From the NCBI GenBank assembly GCA_964442255.1, contig CAYTYC010000009.1:1-52261 (forward strand): a stretch of DNA of 52,261 bases, given 5' to 3'. Source of the stretch: an uncultured archaeon. Lineage in GTDB: Archaea; Iainarchaeota; Iainarchaeia; Iainarchaeales; 1-14-0-10-31-34. The notes beneath the pieces were generated by a model, which was not told where the DNA came from, did no database searches, and worked only from the letters and a program-made list of their open reading frames with translations. The translations under genes were made by a program, and so were the position numbers. This document shows, piece by piece, positions 18,472-26,562 of the stretch (its first letter is position 1; the number at the start of each line of letters is the position of its first letter).

Positions 18472-19113
18472 ATGAAGGTTTTGGCTGTGGCAGACGTGCA
18501 TTCCCATAAAAGCGCGGTAAAGGCGCTGAAAGAACAGGTTAAATTCAGTGAACTCGGGCTGATAGTTGTGTGCGGGGATTTAACGCATTTCGGGAACAGG
18601 GAAGACGCAAAGGAAATTGTGAAAGCATTTGGCTTCGGCAATATTCTCGTTATACCCGGAAACGTGGACCAAAAAAGTGTTTTGGATTTCCTGGAGGAAA
18701 AAAACATTTCCCTTCACGGAAAAGTGCGGACAGCGGAGGGCTGGGCTTTGGTTGGGTTCGGAGGGGCAGAAAATGCGCCGGGGGAAACGATTTTTTCGGC
18801 GGAAGAAATCTTTAAGGGCGCGGAAAAACTTATAGTGGAGCCTGAAAGGACAATCCTCTTCACGCACTCCCCCCCAGTGAACACGCTGCTTGACAAGACT
18901 TCAACAGGAAAGCACATCGGAAGCGTGGGGGTAAGGAAACTGGTTGAGGAAAAAAGGCCGGCTTACGCTTTCTTTGGGCACTGCCACGAGGCAAAAGGGG
19001 AAATGAAATTGAAGGAAACAGTCTGCGTGAACATAGGCCCGCTCAAGTGGGGGAACGCGGTGCTGATTGAGCTGGGGGAAGAGCTGGAATGGAAAAGAAT
19101 ACAGTTAAAGTGA
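18472..19113 (+). CDS. Calcineurin-like metallophosphoesterase (Icc-related)
   Basis: ADVH, CGDLT, PGNVD, THSPP, GHCHE. Confidence 0.92.
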   Translation: MKVLAVADVHSHKSAVKALKEQVKFSELGLIVVCGDLTHFGNREDAKEIVKAFGFGNILVIPGNVDQKSVLDFLEEKNISLHGKVRTAEGWALVGFGGAENAPGETIFSAEEIFKGAEKLIVEPERTILFTHSPPVNTLLDKTSTGKHIGSVGVRKLVEEKRPAYAFFGHCHEAKGEMKLKETVCVNIGPLKWGNAVLIELGEELEWKRIQLK

Positions 19114-19787
19114 AACTTAAGGGAGGAACCGGACAAGCTTTTTCAAAAAAAAGCTTGAGCAAAAAATCCCCCGCCTTCGGCGGAACAGCAGGTTCTGATA
19201 AAGGCCCGGCAAGATTTAAGATGGTTAAAGAAAGGCACAGGGAAACAATGGAGAAGGCGGTGTGCGAGGGAAAGGCGGATGAAAAAATGCTTCCGCTCCT
19301 GGAATTCATTGCGGGAACAAAAAACTTTTTCACGTCCTCATCCTGTTCCGGGAGAATTCTTTTGCTTGGGCTGCCAAAAGGCGAGGACAAAAAAGAGGCG
19401 TATTTTCACAGGCGGTGGCACAGGAAAGCGAAGGAAAAAGAGTTTTTGGGGGCGATGAAAGAGGAAACGCGGGGAGAGCTGTGGCTGAAGCAGGAGCCCT
19501 TCATTTTGCATGTGGGCGCGAAAACAATTGAAGGGTGCAGGAAGGTTTTGGGCGCAATGCATTCCGCGGGGGTGAAAAGGGGCGGAATCATTTCAGCAAA
19601 AGAGGGAAAATTTGTTGTGGAACTGCAGGGAACGCAGGGAATGCATATTCCGTTGAAAAAAGGGAAAAAACTCTTGGTTGAAGGGGAGTACCTGGATTTT
19701 CTTTTGGGAAAGGCGAACGAAAAGCTGGAAAAAAATTTTATTGCGCTCAAAAGGCTGGAAAAGGAGTTCAGGAAAGCGCTGAAGTGA
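19110..19787 (+). CDS. taw3: tRNA(Phe) wyosine-pathway methyltransferase Taw3/TYW3
   Basis: FFTSSSCSGRI, EPFILHV, GVKRGGI; start is either GTG 19110 (overlapping upstream stop) or ATG 19221. Confidence 0.9.
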   Translation: MKLKGGTGQAFSKKSLSKKSPAFGGTAGSDKGPARFKMVKERHRETMEKAVCEGKADEKMLPLLEFIAGTKNFFTSSSCSGRILLLGLPKGEDKKEAYFHRRWHRKAKEKEFLGAMKEETRGELWLKQEPFILHVGAKTIEGCRKVLGAMHSAGVKRGGIISAKEGKFVVELQGTQGMHIPLKKGKKLLVEGEYLDFLLGKANEKLEKNFIALKRLEKEFRKALK

Positions 19788-19793
19788 AAAGGA

Positions 19794-20333
19794 ATGGACG
19801 CAGAAGGAAAAATGAAGAGAATTTTTTTTGCGGTGAATGTTCCGGAGGAAGTGAGGGAAGAAATTGCGGAAAATGTTTTAAGCCAGATAAAAGGGGAAGG
19901 GCTGAAAAAGGTTGAAAAGGAAAACCTGCACATTACGCTCGCTTTTTTGGGTTACGTGCCTGCGGAAAAAGTGAAGGAAATTGAAGGAAAAATCGGGAAA
20001 CTTTCTTTTCCAGGGAAATTTGAAGCCGAGTTAAATGGAATCGGGGAGTTTGGGGGAAGGGTTTTATGGATTGGCGTGAAAAAAGGCGGGAAAGAACTGG
20101 AGGAAATTGCGGGAAAGCTGAATGAAGCCCTTGGGCTGAAGGAACGGTTTCACGCGCATTTGACCATCGCAAGGAACAAAAGGATGGACAGAGCCAGGTT
20201 CAGGGAACTGGTTGAGGGGCTGAAGAAAAAAGAATTTTCCCGGGGCTTCAGGGCTGAATCAGTTGATTTGATGGAATCAGTTCTGGCACCAAAAGGGCCC
20301 GAGTACAAAAAGCTTTTTGGATTCAGGCTGTGA
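19794..20333 (+). CDS. thpR: RNA 2',3'-cyclic phosphodiesterase / 2'-5' RNA ligase (2H family)
   Basis: RIFFAV, LHITLAFLG, FHAHLTIAR, SVL...GPEY. Confidence 0.93.
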   Translation: MDAEGKMKRIFFAVNVPEEVREEIAENVLSQIKGEGLKKVEKENLHITLAFLGYVPAEKVKEIEGKIGKLSFPGKFEAELNGIGEFGGRVLWIGVKKGGKELEEIAGKLNEALGLKERFHAHLTIARNKRMDRARFRELVEGLKKKEFSRGFRAESVDLMESVLAPKGPEYKKLFGFRL

Positions 20334-20387
20334 CCCCGGCATTGCCAATAATGGAAGGGGTTACCAACATATTAAAAATTAAGACCT
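20333..20387. repeat. att-like site A (core accccggcattgcc + right arm)
   Basis: Core identical to 22471-22484; the arm is the reverse complement of the site B and C left arms. Confidence 0.75.
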
Positions 20388-20479
20388 GCTACCATAACTC
20401 AAATTAAAGATAACTGAAACACTTGCAAAATAAACTAATGTAATGCCAAATATTAAGCGAAAGTAAGGGCTCTTTACAT

Positions 20480-20768
20480 ATTGTTTACTTTTTTCTGAAT
20501 AGCCAGCATACAATTAAGTTTACAACTACAATTAATATTGCGCTTCCCACAATCAAATTAGTGTCATTTATGAAATTTCCATAAACAAACGGAATCAACT
20601 CAAGAAAAAACAATCGGCATGAAAGCCGGGGTATTAAACCGCCTGACACGGAATAAAATCATCAGTAGACAAACCTTTATGTCTTGTAAAAAACCAAGTA
20701 ATCAAAAGCATAGCCGCTCCAAACAAGAGCAACGTAATTAAACCAGTATTAAAATCTATGAATGCCAT
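20480..20768 (-). pseudogene. Remnant of a membrane transporter, possibly sodium:solute symporter, with the middle deleted
   Basis: N-terminus MAFIDFNTGLITLLLFGAAMLLITWFFTRHKGLSTDDFI, a palindromic fragment, then a degraded hydrophobic C-terminal segment (LIPFVYGNFINDTNLIVGSAILI). Confidence 0.45.
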
Positions 20769-21033
20769 TACCTACACTCAAAAAAATAACTGGCGTTATA
20801 TGTATGTGGTTTGTCATTCCGCAAATTTCTCATCTCCTGCCTTTTGGCGGCAGCTTTCTTTTCAGGCCTGCCCATTTGCCTTTTAACAGTAGTTTTTTTG
20901 GGCAAGATATTTTAATATTTGCCTAATTTTAATGGAAACTTCTTTCCATTACTAATAGAAAGATGTGTTTTGCAGTCAAACAATATATTTAAATATATAT
21001 TCAGTTATTGAATTATTCAGTAGGTGAATATAT

Positions 21034-22413
21034 TTGAAGTTTGTTAATAGGGAAACTGAGCTGAAAGAGCTGGTAGAAATAAAGGCCCTTTCAGTGAAAA
21101 AGCTGTTTTTGGTAGCGCTTTATGGTTTAAGAAGGGTTGGCAAGACAAGGCTGTTGCTTGAGTTTCTTGAAAATAAAGGACATTATTTTTTTGTCAATAA
21201 GAACAAAACTTCTGCTGATCTTTTAGATGAATTTCAGGGCATTTTGAGAAAATCAATGGTTTTGGGAGAATTGGAAACTATTAATTCGTGGGACAAATTT
21301 TTTGAAATTTTAATTAAGAGAAAGATGTCGCCGGTTGTTTTTGACGAGTTCCAGAATTTTAGTTTTGTTGAACCTGCTGTTTTTGGAATAATGCAAAAAA
21401 ATATTGACTTGAATGAAAACAAACAAGGCTTGATTATTCTTTCCGGTTCTTTGATTGGTTTAATGAAAAAATTATTCAAAAATTCCAAAGAACCTTTGTA
21501 TGGAAGAATTAAAAGGGGTTTCAAACTTGAGCCTTTAAGCTTGAGTTCTTGCCTTGAATTAAGCAAAGAATTGAAATTAGACAAAGAAGACTTAATAAAA
21601 ATTTATTGTGTTTTTGGGGGTTGCCCCAAATATTTTGTTGCAATTGAAGATTTTGGTTTGCTGGGGAAAAAGGCAGAAGAAATCTTGGATTCGCTTTTGT
21701 TTGCTCAAAATGCGCCATTAGAAGACGAGGTTAACGGCATTCTTTCACAGGAATTTGGAGGCAGGAGTGGAGTATATTATTCTATTCTTGAAGCCATTGC
21801 CACCGGCAATAATACTTTGTCGTTAATTGCAGGTACTTTAAACACAAGTCCAACTTCCATCACCAGACAGGTTAAAGAATTAAAGGATTATTTTGAGTTA
21901 ATTGAGTTTGAAATGCCTTTTGAAGGAAAACGGGGCATCTACAAAATTAAGCATCCTTTAATGCAGTACTGGTTTTCACAAATTTACAAGAACTACTCAG
22001 ATTATGTTTCAAGAAAACCAGAATTTATTAAGAAACTGAAAGAAAATTTGGATTCATTTTACGGAAAAGCATTCGAAGAAGTAGCAAAAGAATTTTTGAT
22101 TAAAAAATTGGAGTTAAAGGAAACTAAAAGACAATGGGGAAAGATCAAGGATGCAAAAAAAGGCGAAAATGTTTATGAAATTGACTTGATTGCCAAAAAG
22201 AGAAAAGAAAGTTTTGCTTTTGAATTTAAATGGGCTGATTTATCATACAAAAAAGCACTAAAAGTATTAACTGAACTTGAAAAGAAAACAAACTATTTGC
22301 ATAAGAAACCCCAAAACTTAAAACTTGGTTTGATTGCAAAAAAAATTAGAGAAAAACAAAAACTGAGAAAAAAAGGATTTTTGATGTTTGACCTTGAAGA
22401 TATCGGTAAATAA
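21034..22413 (+). CDS. Archaeal ATPase (ATPase_2) with wHTH and C-terminal DUF234-like PD-(D/E)xK domain
   Basis: FVNRETEL, YGLRRVGKT, VFDEFQ, PLYGR, EIDLI...EFKW. Confidence 0.9.
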   Translation: MKFVNRETELKELVEIKALSVKKLFLVALYGLRRVGKTRLLLEFLENKGHYFFVNKNKTSADLLDEFQGILRKSMVLGELETINSWDKFFEILIKRKMSPVVFDEFQNFSFVEPAVFGIMQKNIDLNENKQGLIILSGSLIGLMKKLFKNSKEPLYGRIKRGFKLEPLSLSSCLELSKELKLDKEDLIKIYCVFGGCPKYFVAIEDFGLLGKKAEEILDSLLFAQNAPLEDEVNGILSQEFGGRSGVYYSILEAIATGNNTLSLIAGTLNTSPTSITRQVKELKDYFELIEFEMPFEGKRGIYKIKHPLMQYWFSQIYKNYSDYVSRKPEFIKKLKENLDSFYGKAFEEVAKEFLIKKLELKETKRQWGKIKDAKKGENVYEIDLIAKKRKESFAFEFKWADLSYKKALKVLTELEKKTNYLHKKPQNLKLGLIAKKIREKQKLRKKGFLMFDLEDIGK

Positions 22414-22421
22414 CAGTAAAG

Positions 22422-22507
22422 AGGTCTTAATCCCTCTTTATGTCATTAACACCTTCCAATATTGGTTTTCACCCCGGCATTGCCGTTATGAGTGGGTGTT
22501 AACAACA
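22422..22507. repeat. att-like site B (left arm + core + right arm)
   Basis: tgtcattaacaccttccaatattgg-ttttcaccccggcattg-ccgttatgagtgggtgttaacaaca. Confidence 0.8.
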
Positions 22508-22531
22508 TTAAAAGATAATATACTGGGAGGC

Positions 22532-23227
22532 TTACTCCCTATTTATTGCATATTTTATTGTAGCTTCAGCTAAGACTTCTACTGTATCAAATATTTCAAT
22601 ACCCACCCCATTCTTTTTTAATAAAACAGGAATATCCGTACAACCAAGAATTATTGCATCTGCACCGCCGTTCTTCAATTTTCCAATAATCCTTTTCAGT
22701 TCTTTTTTATCATTCTTCAACTTTTTGCCGGCTAAAATATTCAAAATAATGTTATTTACTGCTTTTTGCTCGTTGGGGATAACTAGTTTAATTCCATAGT
22801 TATCAAAGTCTTTTTCATATATCTTGCAGGTTATAGTTGTTTCCGTGGCAAGAAGCCCGACTTTTCCGTAACTCCTTGATTTTACCTTTTTTGCGGTTTC
22901 TTCTACAATACTTAAAAATGGAATTGAAAGCTCCTTCTTAACCCCATCATAAAAGTAGTTGGCAGTATTGCACGGCATTACAATAAAATCAACCCCAATG
23001 GATTCTAATTTTTTGGCTCCTTTAACAAGAACTTTTAATGTTTCACCCGGTTTTTTCAGTCCCTCAACTACATCAGGGATTGGAAGATTGTAGATAAAAA
23101 TCTCAGGGTAATCTTCATCATACTGTGCGCCATATTGTTTCTGGCACTGCACAATCAATTCTTGGTAAAAGATGGCTGTAGACTCTGGGCCCATTCCGCC
23201 TAACACTCCGACAATTTTCTTTTGCAT
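22532..23227 (-). CDS. Aspartate/glutamate racemase family protein
   Basis: GVLGGMGPEST, MPCNTA, ILGCTD (two catalytic cysteines). Confidence 0.93.
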   Translation of the reverse strand: MQKKIVGVLGGMGPESTAIFYQELIVQCQKQYGAQYDEDYPEIFIYNLPIPDVVEGLKKPGETLKVLVKGAKKLESIGVDFIVMPCNTANYFYDGVKKELSIPFLSIVEETAKKVKSRSYGKVGLLATETTITCKIYEKDFDNYGIKLVIPNEQKAVNNIILNILAGKKLKNDKKELKRIIGKLKNGGADAIILGCTDIPVLLKKNGVGIEIFDTVEVLAEATIKYAINRE

Positions 23228-23235
23228 ATTTTCAC

Positions 23236-23637
23236 TCAGCTTGTTCTGTATCCAAATTTTTTGCCATACTTCTTGTTTTTTGAATTCTTCTTTCTTATGC
23301 GTTTTTTAAATTCTTTATCAGGGGCCCCTATTTCTCTTTGCATAAATCTTTTTAGCGCTGTCCATTCGTATTCGTTTAGTTCTTCTCCTTTATATTTGTC
23401 GCAATATTTTTTACCTAAGTTTTCTGGCGCCTTTTCGGGTTTCATTAATTTTCCCTGCCACCACACGAGAACATAAACATTGCCGTTGTGTAATTCAAGC
23501 GGGGTTGCCCAGCCTCTAAGCCAATTTTTTTCTTGGCAGGACGATAACTCACTTAATTCTTTCAATTCCTTTTTTGTCATTTTGTCTAACGGAAATTTTA
23601 AATCAGCATGTCTTGTATAAATCGTTGTTGTTCCCAT
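23236..23637 (-). CDS. Hypothetical basic protein
   Basis: Open frame between the ATPase and racemase genes on the same strand; start probably MGTTT. Confidence 0.6.
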   Translation of the reverse strand: MGTTTIYTRHADLKFPLDKMTKKELKELSELSSCQEKNWLRGWATPLELHNGNVYVLVWWQGKLMKPEKAPENLGKKYCDKYKGEELNEYEWTALKRFMQREIGAPDKEFKKRIRKKNSKNKKYGKKFGYRTS

Positions 23638-23638
23638 T

Positions 23639-24862
23639 TCAATTTCCCTTGGGATTTTCAAGCTCTTTTATTAATTCCCAGGCATATTTCCCTTTCTTTT
23701 TTCCATTTAATCCAACTATCATATTTTTGCTATTATACTGTTCTGCAAAAAATTTCAGGTTTTTGGCGTCAGCTTTTTCGAAGTTGTATTTTGCTTCAAT
23801 TGCATATACTTTCTTTTCAGGAAGGATGAAGTCAATTTCTTGTTTGTTTGTTGTTCTCCAGAAATGTATTTTTTTGCCTGCTTTCAGTAATTCCAGAAAT
23901 ACAAATGTTTCAAAGCTCTGCCCGAAAATAATTTTTGGAAATTCTTTCAGCCAAATCAAATGCATCAAGCCAGTATCGAGGAGAAAAACTTTTGGATTTT
24001 TTGATAGCTCGCTTCGCAGGTTCTTATGAAACGGCGTAATCCTTTTTATAACAAAAGTATTTTCAAGCAAATCAAGATAATCAACCACTGTTTCCCGGCT
24101 AATGTCAAGTGTGTTTGCCAATTCAGAAATATTCAGCAGTTGTCCTGACTGCGATGCAAAGATTTCAACAAGTTTATTGAAGGTTGAAACATTCCTAATA
24201 TTGCCGATATCTCTTATGTCTTTCTTTATATAAGTGCTAATAATCTGAAACAAAAAAGTTTGCTTTTTTTCTTCTGCTGGCTCAAGAACAATTGAGGGGT
24301 ATCCCCCAAATTTGATAAACTCTTGAGCAAGTAAAATAAGTTCATTATTTATTGCTTCAGAGTTTTCTTTTAGAAGCCTGTATTTTTTGCCTTTGAAAGC
24401 CAAAAATTCTTCAAAACTTAAAGGATAAAGCTCAAACACAATTGTTCTTCCAACAAGGCTTTCCTTGAACTTTTTCCTGATTTCAAGGGTTGATGAGCCT
24501 GACACCAGCAACTTTATGTTGGAGTAATGGTCGTGTAAAATTTTAATAAATTTACTCGGATTTTCCAAGTACTGTATTTCATCTACTATTAAGTAAATTT
24601 TCTTTTTTTCATCAGCCCCCTTTTGCAGAAGATAATTATAAACTGCTTTATCCCCGCGGTTGCACAAATCAAGTAAATCTTGATGTTCCAAATCAAAGTA
24701 AAAAGTGTTTTCTTTCAAGTAGTTATTCATCAAATATTTTAACACGCTTGTTTTTCCAACCTGCCTTGCACCATAAACAACTATTGCGTGTTTTGAATCC
24801 AGATAGTTCAGGATTTCATCCACAACTGGCCTTTTAAATAAAATAGCAGACATGTCAATCAA
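23639..24862 (-). CDS. AAA_14 ATPase with DUF4143 domain (COG1373)
   Basis: GARQVGKT, IVDEIQ, VSGSS, ESLVGR, FGGYP, QEIDFI...IEAK. Confidence 0.92.
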   Translation of the reverse strand: MIDMSAILFKRPVVDEILNYLDSKHAIVVYGARQVGKTSVLKYLMNNYLKENTFYFDLEHQDLLDLCNRGDKAVYNYLLQKGADEKKKIYLIVDEIQYLENPSKFIKILHDHYSNIKLLVSGSSTLEIRKKFKESLVGRTIVFELYPLSFEEFLAFKGKKYRLLKENSEAINNELILLAQEFIKFGGYPSIVLEPAEEKKQTFLFQIISTYIKKDIRDIGNIRNVSTFNKLVEIFASQSGQLLNISELANTLDISRETVVDYLDLLENTFVIKRITPFHKNLRSELSKNPKVFLLDTGLMHLIWLKEFPKIIFGQSFETFVFLELLKAGKKIHFWRTTNKQEIDFILPEKKVYAIEAKYNFEKADAKNLKFFAEQYNSKNMIVGLNGKKKGKYAWELIKELENPKGN

Positions 24863-24917
24863 ATTCTTATGTTATTTGCATATTATACTGTGCAATTTAT
24901 ATTTAAGCCTTTGCATT

Positions 24918-25009
24918 GGGCCTTAATTCAGCAAGGTGTCGCTAACACCTTCCAATATTGGTTTTCACCTTATCCTCGCCAACAAAAATGCATAGAGCTT
25001 ATGTGTTAA
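24918..25009. repeat. att-like site C
   Basis: 27 nt identical to site B (taacaccttccaatattggttttcacc); core accttatcctcgcc at 24967-24980. Confidence 0.8.
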
Positions 25010-25030
25010 AATTAATGGTTTTGAAGTGCT

Positions 25031-25282
25031 TTAAAGCATTTGACCCCAGAACGCTGCAAAGTAGCTGCCTTCGCAGCTTGCAACATGCCTGCCAAAGGGA
25101 AGCCAGTGAACTTTGTAGTCGCAGATTAATTCGCCTGTTTGCTTGTCTATTGTTCCATCTGTGTGAGCCCTTTCCTGAAAAACCTTGTCGCGAATTTCCT
25201 GGTTGTTTGGCCAAGGAGCCCAGGCGAGTAAAAGCAGGAATAAGGCAATTGCAGTTATTGCGATTTTTGTTTTTTGCTTCAT
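25031..25282 (-). CDS. Small membrane-anchored hypothetical protein
   Basis: N-terminal hydrophobic helix, 83 aa, follows the Fic gene on the same strand. Confidence 0.65.
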   Translation of the reverse strand: MKQKTKIAITAIALFLLLLAWAPWPNNQEIRDKVFQERAHTDGTIDKQTGELICDYKVHWLPFGRHVASCEGSYFAAFWGQML

Positions 25283-25286
25283 TTAT

Positions 25287-26219
25287 TCAGCCCTTTAACG
25301 CATTTTTGTATTGTTTTTTGAATCTTCTTGTCAACCTGATTGCAAGGTTTCGTGCATTGTTGTTGTAGTGGCATTTTTCCAAAGCATTAAAGTATTGCTG
25401 TTTTTCTTTTGTTTTGATGTCAATCATTGCGTAACCGTTTTTGTGCAAAACATGGTTCATTATGATTCTTGCCGTCCTGCCGTTTCCGTCTTGGAATGGG
25501 TGAATTCTTACAAATTTCCAGTGCGTCCAAGCGGCTAATTCTAGCGGATGCAATTCTTTCTTTAGCCTGGCATATTCTTTGAAGTAGTTTTTCATGTCCG
25601 GAATTACAAGCCTTGTGGGAGTTGTTTCAAAATGCGAGCCCCTCACGCTGTTTTGATGCGTTTTGTATTGGCCGGCAATTTTTGGCTTTGTGTCCTTGAA
25701 GTACATTTCGTGGATTTTGTGAAGCAATTGTTCTGACAGTTCTTCTTTTGTTTGCTTTATGAATGCCAGTGTTTTTTGTGCTGCCTTTGCTTCCAGCACG
25801 TCATCCAATGGCTTGTTTGGCGCAATGTCTTCGCTTAGCAATAGTTCGACTTCTTTCGGGCTTAAAGTGCTGCCTTCAATCGAATTAGTGTTGTAGACGA
25901 ATGCCATTACGAAATTCTGGTCAAACTGTTCTTGCACTGTCTTGTTTTGCTTGCCGTATCTCTGCCAGAATTCATTGTTTATTTCATCAATTTCCTTTAT
26001 TTCCTCGTTCGCCAAGTAATGGTGGCCGTGCAGCTTTAGCTTTTCTGCTTCAACTTTTTCCTCAAATTTTGCCGTCAAAACCTGCAATTTTGTTTCAGAA
26101 GGCATTTGGTTTCCGATATAATCCCTTAACTGCTTTCTCCTGCCGCCGCCCAAGGAGATATTCTCCACCAGGTAATAATATGTTTTTTCTCCCTTACGCT
26201 GCTTTGCCACATACGCCAT
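25287..26219 (-). CDS. Fic family protein
   Basis: YNTNSIEGSTL and canonical HPFQDGNGRTAR. Confidence 0.93.
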   Translation of the reverse strand: MAYVAKQRKGEKTYYYLVENISLGGGRRKQLRDYIGNQMPSETKLQVLTAKFEEKVEAEKLKLHGHHYLANEEIKEIDEINNEFWQRYGKQNKTVQEQFDQNFVMAFVYNTNSIEGSTLSPKEVELLLSEDIAPNKPLDDVLEAKAAQKTLAFIKQTKEELSEQLLHKIHEMYFKDTKPKIAGQYKTHQNSVRGSHFETTPTRLVIPDMKNYFKEYARLKKELHPLELAAWTHWKFVRIHPFQDGNGRTARIIMNHVLHKNGYAMIDIKTKEKQQYFNALEKCHYNNNARNLAIRLTRRFKKQYKNALKG

Positions 26220-26447
26220 GAATAGTTATTACTCAAAAACATTTAAAAATGGGTGAGTAATAACAATAAAAGAGTAATAATGAATATTTTGCAGAATTTC
26301 CGGTGCGGCTGCCCGTCCGTCTTTTCGGACAGCCGTCAATTTTTCGGACAAAATTCATGTTTGTGGGTTAATTGAAAAAGTCCCTTAAACTGGAAAAATA
26401 GTTTGCATAAAACCCAAATTTCTTCATATGGCAATGCTCCAAACACT

Positions 26448-26513
26448 GGTGCTAACAACTGCGCTTTTTGCGAGGACAACCTCATCATCGCCGTATGTAT
26501 TACATAGTGTTAA
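26448..26513. repeat. att-like site D (degenerate)
   Basis: gctaaca ... core acctcatcatcgcc (26479-26492, 12/14 match to core C) ... gtgttaa. Confidence 0.5.
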
Positions 26514-26562
26514 TGCCTTAAAATCAACGGTTTTGGGGCAATCGGCTGTTTCTGCAGCCGTT

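Larger units (their letters stand above)
20333..26513. mobile_element. AT-rich genomic island punctuated by four related att-like sites
   Basis: Visible composition shift, accessory cargo and repeated core/arm sites near 20333, 22441, 24937 and 26451. Confidence 0.7.

Noticed and set aside
18472..19113. Mre11
   Set aside because: It is too short, has an Icc-like motif pattern and is not linked to rad50.
26428..26441. Inverted partial core (ggcaatgc) at the right island edge
   Set aside because: Only an 8-bp match, compatible with chance.
20333..26513. Canonical integron or casposon
   Set aside because: There is no IntI, Cas1 or PolB inside, cargo orientation is mixed with multi-gene modules, and the sites only loosely fit RYYYAAC/GTTRRRY. 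Kept as an unclassified att-like array.
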